The notes below the pieces were generated by a model. It made no database searches. It was not told the origin of the DNA and saw only the letters and a list, made by a program, of their open reading frames with translations. From contig CAZPWM010000097.1 in NCBI GenBank assembly GCA_964590575.1, forward strand, positions 1 through 11,936: a stretch of DNA of 11,936 bases, given 5' to 3'. Of this stretch, positions 1 through 8,012 are shown piece by piece. The DNA comes from an uncultured archaeon (lineage in GTDB: Archaea; Asgardarchaeota; Thorarchaeia; Thorarchaeales; Thorarchaeaceae). The translations under genes and the position numbers were made by a program. Every line of letters starts with the position of its first letter. The stretch's first letter is position 1.

Positions 1-814
1 CCCATTTCTGATAAACAGCATCGATGCCATCACCTACGACTTCTATATCCGTAATCTCTCCCATGCCAGCTTCATGGAGCCATCGAACATGATCAATTGT
101 GCAGGGATTGATGCCAATGCATCTTGCAGCTGTTGCATCTGCAGCTACTGGATCGGTACTCGCTATGATTGTGTCCATCTTCACTGGTGTGCCACTCCAT
201 GGACCACTACCAGACTTGCCGTAAAAGCCATCGATAACACTGAGAGTGGGTGGTAGGGTCTTACAGATATCGTAGACGAAGTTATTCGTTCCAAATTGGT
301 GCATGGAGTATTTGTTACGTGTAGTGAGCATACCGAACATATTCTTCAATCCCATAGTGATTGTTGTATGATGCAGCGTCTTCATTGTTGGTACCGTGAT
401 GATAGCTGACTCCACAGCGATTCGGGCCACCTTAAATTTCGCAATTCCTCGAGGGGTCTCCACCTCTAATTCGACCTTGTCAACAAGCTTCCCCATGTTG
501 ACATACTCAGAACCCAATCGATCAATCACTTCCATCATACCTGTTTCAATAATTGCTTTGTCTGGTGATGTTATCCCACCCTCTGTTTCAACCACTATGG
601 CTCTCTTGTCAAGCTCCATGATCTTCATTATCACTGCTTCAACAACAATGGGGTCGGTTGTTATCCCGGTTTCGAAGGTGTGCCCTGTGATGAGATTCGG
701 CTTTACCAGGACAGTCTCATAGGGCTCAAGAGCCTCCTTGAACGGTATCAATTCCATAGCTCTGAATACTGGTTCAAGGCCACGTTCTCCCTTTACAACA
801 GATACTAATGACAC
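1..814 (-). CDS. DUF362 domain-containing protein (putative Fe-S cluster-binding family), 3' end runs off the window
   Basis: Not in the ORF track; translated by hand from GTG at 814: MSLVSVVKGERGLEPVFRAMELIPF...VLVKPNLITG...GITTDPIVVEAVI...IITVPTMKTLHHTTITMGLKNMFG...LSVIDGFYGKSGSGPWSGTP...IIASTDPVAADATAARCIG...IEVVGD. Open to position 2. The VKPN, T.GLKN.FG, IDG...GP and S.DPVA.D motifs are typical of DUF362. Confidence 0.88.
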   Translation of the reverse strand, partial: MSLVSVVKGERGLEPVFRAMELIPFKEALEPYETVLVKPNLITGHTFETGITTDPIVVEAVIMKIMELDKRAIVVETEGGITSPDKAIIETGMMEVIDRLGSEYVNMGKLVDKVELEVETPRGIAKFKVARIAVESAIITVPTMKTLHHTTITMGLKNMFGMLTTRNKYSMHQFGTNNFVYDICKTLPPTLSVIDGFYGKSGSGPWSGTPVKMDTIIASTDPVAADATAARCIGINPCTIDHVRWLHEAGMGEITDIEVVGDGIDAVYQKW

Positions 815-907
815 GGCTCTATTTACAGAATGTCGGCTATTTAAATCTAAAATTGGAGAGAATGTGTTCGTTTGGCAGATTTAAGTGATCATTGATTTAC
901 CAGTTCA

Positions 908-966
908 GGCAAGAAGAGATATTCGGACCTGATTATCTACAGTACAGGCAAGAGAAGCAGATGTTG
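908..966 (+). repeat. Gene-tail repeat copy 1 (degenerate)
   Basis: g GCA AGA a GAG ATA TTC GGA CCT GAT TAT CTA CAG TAC AGG CAA GAG AAG CAG ATG TTG = AR(+1 nt)EIFGPDYLQYRQEKQM; stop changed to TTG, ATG lost; only a weak hairpin relic at about 982-1002. Confidence 0.9.
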
Positions 967-1089
967 TATCCTCAAACAATAGATGAGAAGCCATTCCTCT
1001 TCGTAACCTATAATCTTAAAGAAGTTGATTCCCAATTCTAAGGGAACCAGTGAGAAACGGAATACGCTTCATTGAAAGGATGTGACGTT

Positions 1090-2412
1090 GTGAGTAAACA
1101 GGAATCACAGATGCTAGAGAGAGTGCATAGAGAAGAAATCAGCTTCATTGACCTCATGTTTTCAGATTTGTCGGGTCAGCTGAAATGTGTGACCATCTCA
1201 CCGAGGGAATTAGAAGTATGCTTAGAGCAGGGCAAATGGTTTGATGGTTCGTCTGTCGAGGGGTTTACCAGAATCCATGAGAGTGACATGTTGCTGATTC
1301 CTGATGCAGCAACCTATATCAAGTTGCCTTGGCTGCGAGACGGAAGAAAAGCGGCAAGAATCATTTGTGATGTCTGTGAACCTGACAGAGTACCTTTTGC
1401 TGGTGCACCTCGAAACATTTTAAGACGCATTTTCGAGAAGACTGAGACCAAGGGCTGGTTCTACAAGGTTGGCCCCGAAATCGAGTTCTATCTATTTGGA
1501 TCAAAAAGTGAAGGAAACTACCAAGATAGTGCGAGTTACTTCGATTTTTCCCCAAAGGATTTGGGCACCGACATTCGAGCAGTCATCGTTTCCACCTTGG
1601 AGGACCTCGGAATACAGGTGGGGATGTCGCATCATGAGTGTGGTCCCAGTCAGCATGAGATTGACATTGGATATAGTAACGCGTTGAATTGTGCAGACAA
1701 CATCTTGGTTGCTAAGCAAGCCATCAAGACTGTTGCCAGTAGCAGGAATCTTCATGCCTCGTTTATGCCAAAACCCAGATCAGACGTGGCGGGTAGTGGA
1801 ATGCATACTCACCAATCCATATTCAACAGTAGTGGGGAGAACCTTTTCCATGATGAGGACGACCCATATCGACTCTCCTCTCTCGCGTACCATTTCATGG
1901 GGGGACAATTACAACACATCAGAGAGATGGCTGCCATCCTCTGTCCAACAGTCAACAGCTATAAGCGACTAGGTGGATTCGAGGCGCCAGTCTACGTTTG
2001 TTGGGGACTACGAAATCGGTCTGCGCTGATTCGAGTCCCAAGATATGGTAAGAATCGACAAGAGCCTGCGAGACTGGAACTTAGATGTCCAGATCCAAGC
2101 TGCAATCCTTACATTGCATTTGCAGTTATGTTGGCAGCAGGAATGAAAGGTATCGAGAAGAAGATAGAACCCCCGGAACCTGTAGAAGAAGATGTCTTTG
2201 ATTTCGACGATGCCAAACTTGCACAGTTCTATATCAAATCCTTGCCCTCTGATCTTGGCGAAGCACTAGAAGAGTTTGAGAAAAGTAAGTTCATGAAAGA
2301 AACTTTGGGCGAACATGCGTTTAACAAGTATCTCGGACTCAAACTAGTAGAATGGACAGAGTTCAAGCGATGTGTTTCTGATTGGGAACGAGAACGCTAC
2401 ATGGATTTGTGA
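1090..2412 (+). CDS. glnA: Glutamine synthetase type I (GSI-alpha-like)
   Basis: Motifs FDGSSVEGF, GPEIEFYLF, HHECGPSQHEI, FMPKP, GSGMHTHQS, NSYKRL-GGFEAP, NRSALIRVP, RLELRCPDPSCNPY; about 440 aa. ORF opens at TTG 1072, but GTG 1090 follows an AGGATGTGA RBS-like motif and is the likelier start. Confidence 0.95.
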   Translation: MSKQESQMLERVHREEISFIDLMFSDLSGQLKCVTISPRELEVCLEQGKWFDGSSVEGFTRIHESDMLLIPDAATYIKLPWLRDGRKAARIICDVCEPDRVPFAGAPRNILRRIFEKTETKGWFYKVGPEIEFYLFGSKSEGNYQDSASYFDFSPKDLGTDIRAVIVSTLEDLGIQVGMSHHECGPSQHEIDIGYSNALNCADNILVAKQAIKTVASSRNLHASFMPKPRSDVAGSGMHTHQSIFNSSGENLFHDEDDPYRLSSLAYHFMGGQLQHIREMAAILCPTVNSYKRLGGFEAPVYVCWGLRNRSALIRVPRYGKNRQEPARLELRCPDPSCNPYIAFAVMLAAGMKGIEKKIEPPEPVEEDVFDFDDAKLAQFYIKSLPSDLGEALEEFEKSKFMKETLGEHAFNKYLGLKLVEWTEFKRCVSDWERERYMDL

Positions 2413-2420
2413 CTCAATAA

Positions 2421-2448
2421 TCGCTCTCGTTACCGATAGCGAGGTTTT
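2421..2448 (+). terminator. Possible stem-loop terminator after glnA
   Basis: TCGCT-c-TCG-ttac-CGA-t-AGCGA (8 bp stem, one mismatch) beginning 9 nt after the stop, followed by ggtttt. Confidence 0.45.
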
Positions 2449-2571
2449 CGGAATTGTCTTTCCACTATCTAGAGTATGCCAATTATCTCAACAGACGGGG
2501 GGTATGAAATGAGTGGTCAGCAGCAAATGGCATAACAACGCATCATCTCGAAAACAAGGAAGTGGAAAAGC

Positions 2572-2604
2572 GTCATGGCACGCGAGATACTCGGACCTGA
2601 CTAT
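2572..2604 (+). repeat. Gene-tail repeat copy 2 (3'-truncated)
   Basis: GTC ATG GCA CGC GAG ATA CTC GGA CCT GAC TAT = VMAREILGPDY; similarity ends 15 nt before the stop of the convergent gene at 2620. Confidence 0.92.
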
Positions 2605-2619
2605 AGGCCGGTTGGAGGA

Positions 2620-4665
2620 TCACCACTGAATATCTACCCAATACGCAGGATGGTCTGATTGTGGGTCCGTAACGTATTCGCAATCCGAAACGGTTGTTCC
2701 TGGAGAGAGGAAAATGTGGTCAATTTCCCTGCTATTGTTCTCTCCAAGGCTGTTTGTTCCTGTTGGCCACTTGACCCACCAGGAATCAGCTAGAACATCT
2801 GTTGTGAGGTTGTATGGCTCACTGTTCGGTCTAAAATTGAAATCACCCATGAATATCACGTTGCTTTTCCCACTAGACGCATCCAGAATATCATTTTGTA
2901 GAATCATCTTGGTAGATGTTCGTCCATATGTATGCGTTACGTAAACAGTGAATGTTGTCGAACCAACAGTTATCTCAGCCTCGATTGTGGCGGTCTGCTT
3001 CTGGTCGACATCCTCATTATAATGATAGATGGTTCTAGGATTCTCAATCGGATACTTTGACAGTAGCGCAACTCCTGTTGTCCCTGTGACTCCTTTTGGT
3101 CCGAAGTACGAATAAAGGTTCAATTTGTTAGCCAAGTATCTCACAACATCGCAATTTCCCGCAATCTTGCTTGTTTCTTGGAGGCCGATGATATCTGCGT
3201 CGATGTTTCTAATAACCCCGAGCTGGCCATCGTAGTTCTTATTCTGAGCATCGCTGACTCCTTGTTGTAGATTGTAAGTAAGGAGTCGCAAAGAAACAGC
3301 ATCGCCCGATGGGGCTATAGGGTGAGCCTCAAACACAATAGAACCTGTAAGAGTTCCTAGGAACATGACTATCAAAAGCCCCGCGATGATGGTTTCTGTT
3401 CGAGGGAGTTGATGTTGTGTTTCAAAGGAGGGTATATTGTCCTTTACCTTGTAGATAGCTATCAGGAGCACTATCCCAGCTATGAGAAATATGAACCAGA
3501 ACATGTCTCTGAGCAACGGACCAATCACTGGAATAAAACCCCAGACAGAAGTGAGTATTAATGTGAATAACAACACGAGCATGTATAATCCACCTCCTAA
3601 CGTGAAGGCTATGCAAGCTGCCCGTGATGTTGGTACTAACTCAAGACTTGCTAATTTGTGACAGAGGAGAATGAAATCGAATAGAACGATTGGGAACGTG
3701 GCTATCATCAGGTACAACAAGATCGGATGCAGAAACGTTGTAGGCGGAGATAGGATTGGATAGAGGGCCGGGATATCTGGAAAGGGAATTTGATTGACAT
3801 AGACCGTCAAGACAAACAAAGCCACAAACGAGATATTCCAAAGTAAAACTGCCTTTGGCTTCAATCTAGATATTAAGTGTGGACGGTACAACAGAGTGAG
3901 TGCAAACAGTGTGGTCATCAGTGCAACGCCAGATACGACAGCTACATAGTTACTTTCAGTCCATCTAGAGATTACGACAGGGCTACTGAATGCAAAACTG
4001 ACAAAGAATAGAATGCTTGTCAGCCCGAGGGTGATTCCTGCAAGAGTTCTCTTTCGTAAGCGCTGTGGGGCACTTGTCGGTGTAGCAAGGCTGGATTGAG
4101 GGGTCGATGATGCCACATCTTGTACTTCCTTTGAAAAGCCGACCAACATGAAAACTCCTATCGCAGCTAATACCCATCCAATTGCTTGACCCCACCCATA
4201 TGTAGAGAGGTCGATAGTGAAGTTCAGCGTCCTAAGAAGGACAGATGCTGCTAAAGCTAAAGAGAAGCCAATCCCAAACTTAAGGACACGTTGGTTCTTT
4301 TTATCCGACTTACCAAACAACAAGAAGGCAGGAAACAGTATGAAGAAACAGCCAACACCGAGACCTGAGAATGCCATTCTCATCACGGAATCAAAGAGCG
4401 GTTCAACTACTCTGCATGCAATCATGACACCTCCTGCTACAATGAGAATCTTGTCAGGGATCGACTTCCTGAATGCAAGGAAAATGATAGGTGAGAACAT
4501 GAACAACAGCGCGATAGTATTCTGGTTCAGTGATAATGTCATGAGAAGGAGGATGTATGTAGATTCTACATAGTCGGAGAATAGCTGGAGGAAAAACAGC
4601 AACATTATGGTAGTGAAGATGACATCGGAATAATATTCCTCAAAGAGCTCGGCGTTTACTGGCAT
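2620..4665 (-). CDS. Polytopic membrane protein with C-terminal endonuclease/exonuclease/phosphatase (EEP) domain
   Basis: About 445 aa of successive hydrophobic helices, then EEP motifs LLTYNLQQG, DIIGLQE, GVALLSKYPI, VIFMGDFN, IDHIF, SDHPAYW. Confidence 0.9.
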   Translation of the reverse strand: MPVNAELFEEYYSDVIFTTIMLLFFLQLFSDYVESTYILLLMTLSLNQNTIALLFMFSPIIFLAFRKSIPDKILIVAGGVMIACRVVEPLFDSVMRMAFSGLGVGCFFILFPAFLLFGKSDKKNQRVLKFGIGFSLALAASVLLRTLNFTIDLSTYGWGQAIGWVLAAIGVFMLVGFSKEVQDVASSTPQSSLATPTSAPQRLRKRTLAGITLGLTSILFFVSFAFSSPVVISRWTESNYVAVVSGVALMTTLFALTLLYRPHLISRLKPKAVLLWNISFVALFVLTVYVNQIPFPDIPALYPILSPPTTFLHPILLYLMIATFPIVLFDFILLCHKLASLELVPTSRAACIAFTLGGGLYMLVLLFTLILTSVWGFIPVIGPLLRDMFWFIFLIAGIVLLIAIYKVKDNIPSFETQHQLPRTETIIAGLLIVMFLGTLTGSIVFEAHPIAPSGDAVSLRLLTYNLQQGVSDAQNKNYDGQLGVIRNIDADIIGLQETSKIAGNCDVVRYLANKLNLYSYFGPKGVTGTTGVALLSKYPIENPRTIYHYNEDVDQKQTATIEAEITVGSTTFTVYVTHTYGRTSTKMILQNDILDASSGKSNVIFMGDFNFRPNSEPYNLTTDVLADSWWVKWPTGTNSLGENNSREIDHIFLSPGTTVSDCEYVTDPQSDHPAYWVDIQW

Positions 4666-4733
4666 GGCAGAGGATATACTCTACCCACCTAAAATGTGTG
4701 TCTAAAAAAAGCAGGAATACTAATTTTATCGCT

Positions 4734-4793
4734 ATGGCACGAGAGATACTCGGACCTGACTATCTGCTGTACAGGCAAGACAAACAGATGTAG
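4734..4793 (+). repeat. Gene-tail repeat copy 3 (intact frame)
   Basis: ATG..TAG, 60 nt = MAREILGPDYLLYRQDKQM*. Confidence 0.95.
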
Positions 4794-4803
4794 ATTTACA
4801 CGA

Positions 4804-4841
4804 AAGAGGGGATTCATACTCCCCTTTTCTCTTTCTTTTTT
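4804..4841 (+). terminator. Stem-loop plus pyrimidine tract belonging to repeat copy 3
   Basis: AAGAGGGGA-ttcatac-TCCCCTTTT (9 bp including one G:U) followed by ctctttctttttt. Confidence 0.7.
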
Positions 4842-4979
4842 AATTCTCATACTCGTAACCATTCGTACCAATGGAAAGATTGCGTGGGTTGGTGAGTCAT
4901 CATCCACTACCGCATTTGTATGCCACCTAGAGGACGATAGATGAAAGGGATGGAAAATTTACGGACCGGAGTAATTGCC

Positions 4980-4987
4980 TTTTATAT
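4980..4987 (+). promoter_or_regulatory. Candidate archaeal TATA box for the MBL-fold gene
   Basis: TTTTATAT about 25-30 nt upstream of the GGTGTGAT RBS-like motif (5011-5018); motif and spacing only. Confidence 0.45.
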
Positions 4988-5023
4988 GGTGAAAGTGCAG
5001 TGAAAGTACTGGTGTGATCTGAA

Positions 5024-5671
5024 ACGAGATTCACAATAGTGTATGATAACGAGGCAAAGCCAGGTTTCAAGAGTGGTTGGGGATTCTCTTGTCTTATTGG
5101 AGAAAGCGTGTTATTTGATACTGGACCGGATTCCAGAGCACTACTGTACAACTTGGAGAAGCTGGAGATAGAGCTCCAAGAGATTGATGCAGTTGTACTC
5201 TCTCACAGTCATGGCGATCATACAGGTGGTATTGAGATTGTGGGGCTGCTTGATGATGTCCGAGTGTTTGTTCCAAGATCGTTCTTTAAACCCTTGAGGA
5301 GAAGACTCTCCAGATTTGACCATGTAGAGCTGGTAGAAGTCAGTGATGTGATGAATGTCATGGAGGGAATCACTTCAACTGGTGAGATTGGCAGAATAGG
5401 AGAACAGTCCTTAGTAGTGCGAACCCCCAAGGGACTTGTGTTAGTAACGGGTTGCAGTCATCCGGGTCTAGATACAATAATGAATATGACACAGCAGTCT
5501 GGAGTCATTTATGGTGTCATTGGCGGATTTCATGGGTTTGATAAGCTTGAGATTCTCAACGATGTTCGGATGATAGTTCCATGTCACTGCACAAGACTGA
5601 AGAAACGCATTCTCACACACTATCCTGAAACTAGTAGACAATGTGCTGCAGGCAGTATCTTTGACATCTAG
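5024..5671 (+). CDS. MBL-fold metallo-hydrolase (COG1237 / DHPS-like MBL subfamily)
   Basis: Motifs (RFTI)VYDN, GWGFSCLI, LFDTG, LSHSHGDHTGG (HxHxDH), TGCSHPG, GGFH, PCHCT. First canonical start is GTG 5039, but family-like sequence extends to an ACG at 5024 (see findings). Confidence 0.9.
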   Translation, partial: TRFTIVYDNEAKPGFKSGWGFSCLIGESVLFDTGPDSRALLYNLEKLEIELQEIDAVVLSHSHGDHTGGIEIVGLLDDVRVFVPRSFFKPLRRRLSRFDHVELVEVSDVMNVMEGITSTGEIGRIGEQSLVVRTPKGLVLVTGCSHPGLDTIMNMTQQSGVIYGVIGGFHGFDKLEILNDVRMIVPCHCTRLKKRILTHYPETSRQCAAGSIFDI

Positions 5672-5765
5672 CTAATCAAGGCGGTAAAATGGTGTTGAGT
5701 GTGCTTAATCATTATTTCTGAGCGAAGAGATCATCTGTTTCATTCAGATGAGTACATGCTCTTTG

Positions 5766-5792
5766 GACAAGAGAAGCAGATGTAGTTTCGAA
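5766..5792 (+). repeat. Gene-tail repeat copy 4 (5'-truncated)
   Basis: ga CAA GAG AAG CAG ATG TAG tttcgaa = QEKQM*; no clear terminator hairpin retained. Confidence 0.85.
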
Positions 5793-5817
5793 TTTCTACT
5801 TAGCCATTCTACACAAT

Positions 5818-6069
5818 TCAGAATGCTCGAATACGACCAGACTCAACAATATCTATTGGGACCCCCTCAATCTCATCAGGGATGATATCACACTCTTCAA
5901 GTTCTCCTACTGGTTTCTTTTGTATGACATAGCAGATAATACAGAGCTGGTTAGTCTTGATGCCATCGATATGCTTGTGACCGATTGCTACACCTACGAC
6001 TCCGGATTTCCTCATGAGCTCCTTTTCATACTCTGCCTTTACCCGTTTGACTTCTTCCAGCGTGACCAT
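5818..6069 (-). CDS. Small protein homologous to the N-terminal domain of the adjacent serine protease
   Basis: 83 aa, GAGGT RBS, starts 9 nt after the protease stop; aligns by eye over its whole length with protease residues 1-79 (EEVKR/EEVRR, VVGVAIGHK/VVGVMIGYK, IICYV/IICLV, DIIP/DLIP, GRIRAF/GKLRAF). Confidence 0.88.
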   Translation of the reverse strand: MVTLEEVKRVKAEYEKELMRKSGVVGVAIGHKHIDGIKTNQLCIICYVIQKKPVGELEECDIIPDEIEGVPIDIVESGRIRAF

Positions 6070-6078
6070 GGAACAACC

Positions 6079-7092
6079 TCAATCAGTGATTAGTTCCGCA
6101 TCCAGTAAGTCCAGATAGTTTTGCACCTGATTTGCTATTGTAATGTTCTGCTCGTCACTACCAGCGAAGAGATTGCCCACTGCATATCCCTCCATGTCCA
6201 AGATTAGACTTCCTGAGTCGCCTCCAGCACTGAAACCCTCCTTGCTTATAACTATCTGATCTCTGAAATACGCAAGTCTCCCTCCGTAGTCTATAGGACC
6301 CAAGGTGGCATCTATACCAGTTACCACTCCATCAACTGTATGGCATGACGTTCTTCCCGACTTCTGTACAAGCATGTCTAATTGAGTTTGTCTAATACCC
6401 CGTGGCACTCCAATGTCCACAATGCTACTTGAAACGTCAGTCTCAGTCACTTCAATCATGGCAGCATCTACTATGTTATACTCAGGATACGCAACCACTG
6501 GTTGTAGCCTTGTCATCCTTCCAAAAGCCCTCGCAGGAACATTATAAATCCCGCTCCAGAACCTTGCTGCTGCACATTCGCTCTGGTCCAAAGCGAAGCT
6601 TATTGGTACGAATCTCAAGAGATGTCCTATCGTGTCGTTTTGAACAGTACCGCCATCATACGATCCAGGCTGGAGATAGGGGTCTCCGATCTTGGCATTA
6701 TTTGAGTTTGCTCCAACGTGATTGTTAGTTCCAATGCATGTCTTGCCTGTCTTCTTATCTCTGAGCAGCTCTCCATTCGTGCCTGCAGTAACCAAATAGT
6801 GACCTCCTGAGGTGCCCATGGGGCAAGGTCTGTGCCGAGCCTTTTTATCTATTTGAAAGGCCCTCAATTTCCCAACCTGTATCACATCAATCATTTCTTC
6901 ATCTATGATAGAGGGAATAAGGTCTTGTTTTTTCAAGTCCTGTTCCTTGACTTTCCTCTCTACTAGACAAATTATGCTTAATGTATCGGTCTTTTCACCT
7001 GCTGATACCTTGTATCCTATCATCACTCCTACTACATTGGCCATCCTCAATAGCCTCTTCTCATGAATCCTCCTTACCTCTTCAATCTTCAT
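6079..7092 (-). CDS. Trypsin-like (clan PA) serine protease, Nal1-like architecture
   Basis: Catalytic triad motifs TNNHV (His), VDAA (Asp), GDSGS (Ser); also QPG..DGG, VQKSGRT, VGNLFAG. AGGTGG RBS upstream; no signal peptide apparent. Confidence 0.9.
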   Translation of the reverse strand: MKIEEVRRIHEKRLLRMANVVGVMIGYKVSAGEKTDTLSIICLVERKVKEQDLKKQDLIPSIIDEEMIDVIQVGKLRAFQIDKKARHRPCPMGTSGGHYLVTAGTNGELLRDKKTGKTCIGTNNHVGANSNNAKIGDPYLQPGSYDGGTVQNDTIGHLLRFVPISFALDQSECAAARFWSGIYNVPARAFGRMTRLQPVVAYPEYNIVDAAMIEVTETDVSSSIVDIGVPRGIRQTQLDMLVQKSGRTSCHTVDGVVTGIDATLGPIDYGGRLAYFRDQIVISKEGFSAGGDSGSLILDMEGYAVGNLFAGSDEQNITIANQVQNYLDLLDAELITD

Positions 7093-7269
7093 ACTGCTTA
7101 ACCACCTATTAGGACTCTCACCTCAGACAATCTAGAATGACATCTATCATGCAAATTGTGGTCCCGTAATGAAGATGCGGTAACTTCTACTTCAATCTTT
7201 TCACAAATTTAGGAAATAGGCATATAGATTGGATTCCAATCCTTCCTTGAAGATGGAACCACTCGGTTC

Positions 7270-7340
7270 GTCATGGCACGAGAAATATTTGGACCCGAGT
7301 ATCTGCCGTACAGGCAAGAAGAAACAGATGTAGTTTCAAG
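7270..7340 (+). repeat. Gene-tail repeat copy 5 (1-nt insertion near the end)
   Basis: GTC ATG GCA CGA GAA ATA TTT GGA CCC GAG TAT CTG CCG TAC AGG CAA GA(a)G AAA CAG ATG TAG tttcaag = VMAREIFGPEYLPYRQE..KQM*. Confidence 0.95.
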
Positions 7341-7349
7341 AATTCAATG

Positions 7350-7373
7350 AGAGAGGTGAATCCTCTCTTTTCT
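7350..7373 (+). terminator. Stem-loop plus pyrimidine tract belonging to repeat copy 5
   Basis: AGAGAGG-tgaat-CCTCTCT then tttct. Confidence 0.7.
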
Positions 7374-7496
7374 GACCAAGCAGCTAAGAGCAATCGTCAA
7401 CCGGAAAGTGGATTCCTAGAAATGCTTCACTGCGATGACGGACGGAGCTATTGAAGTCGCTGTAGTGGTAGTAGTCATTTTCTTTACTTGAATTGG

Positions 7497-7715
7497 TTAT
7501 CCAGTTTTTCGTCCCTTTGTGAGATAATAAACCACCGAGATGGCGAAGAGGATGAGACCTCCTATATGAATCAAGGTAATAGTCCACCACTCAACTACCA
7601 AGTTCTCAGGAGGAGTTACCCAAATACCTAAGGGAATTCCCAGAATGAGCTTCCAGACTAATCCGATTATAAATAAGACAAAGCCCACTATTGCTACTTT
7701 TCCTGAAATATGCAA
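7497..7715 (-). CDS. Small hypothetical membrane protein (about 2 TM helices)
   Basis: 72 aa, TTG start preceded by purine-rich GGGAGAGGAAGAG, two hydrophobic segments and a basic C-terminus (TKGRKTG); fills the space between repeat copies 5 and 6. Confidence 0.72.
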   Translation of the reverse strand: MHISGKVAIVGFVLFIIGLVWKLILGIPLGIWVTPPENLVVEWWTITLIHIGGLILFAISVVYYLTKGRKTG

Positions 7716-7774
7716 GACTCTTCCTCTCCCGTGTATGTCAAACAGGTATCTAATTAGTATTCCGTTCAGTTTAT

Positions 7775-7849
7775 CTTTTAAGAATCATCATGGCGAGAGA
7801 GATATTCGGACCTGAGTATCTACCGTACAGGCAAGAGAAACAAATGTAA
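7775..7849 (+). repeat. Gene-tail repeat copy 6 (intact frame, TAA stop)
   Basis: CTT TTA AGA ATC ATC ATG GCG AGA GAG ATA TTC GGA CCT GAG TAT CTA CCG TAC AGG CAA GAG AAA CAA ATG TAA = LLRIIMAREIFGPEYLPYRQEKQM*. Confidence 0.95.
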
Positions 7850-7859
7850 CTTCCATCAT

Positions 7860-7892
7860 TTGAGAGGGGCATTCCCTCTCAACACTTCTTTT
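7860..7892 (+). terminator. Stem-loop plus pyrimidine tract belonging to repeat copy 6
   Basis: TTGAGAGGG-gcatt-CCCTCTCAA (perfect 9 bp) then cacttctttt. Confidence 0.72.
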
Positions 7893-8012
7893 CATAATAG
7901 ATTGATTAATTATTTCTATCTTAATCTCACTTGTGCTTCACTTCTTCTCAGAACAAAAGGCAGAAATTACAATTCATCCATACCTAAGATGGATGCTGGT
8001 GGAGTTGAGGTT

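Noticed and set aside
74-722. ORFs 74..256 (+) and 396..722 (+)
   Set aside because: Antisense shadows of the DUF362 gene on the minus strand.
1029-1046. TTCCC-N8-GGGAA palindrome upstream of glnA as an NrpR operator
   Set aside because: The NrpR operator is GGAA-N6-TTCC; arm order and spacing here differ, and a 5-bp arm is weak evidence for any site.
4689-4944. ORFs 4689..4907 (-) and 4696..4944 (+)
   Set aside because: They run through repeat copy 3 and its hairpin in frames that do not carry the synonymous-substitution pattern; no recognisable protein features.
7384-7496. ORF 7384..7590 (-) or a + strand hydrophobic relic (GAIEVAVVVVVIFFT)
   Set aside because: The ORF overlaps the better-supported 7497..7715 gene; the hydrophobic stretch is too short and low-complexity (GTA/GTG repeats) to call a pseudogene.
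7860-8012. N-terminal extension of the 369-aa ORF
   Set aside because: The TTG at 7860 is part of the copy-6 hairpin; internal-repeat alignment and RBS point to a start at 8013 (or 7989).
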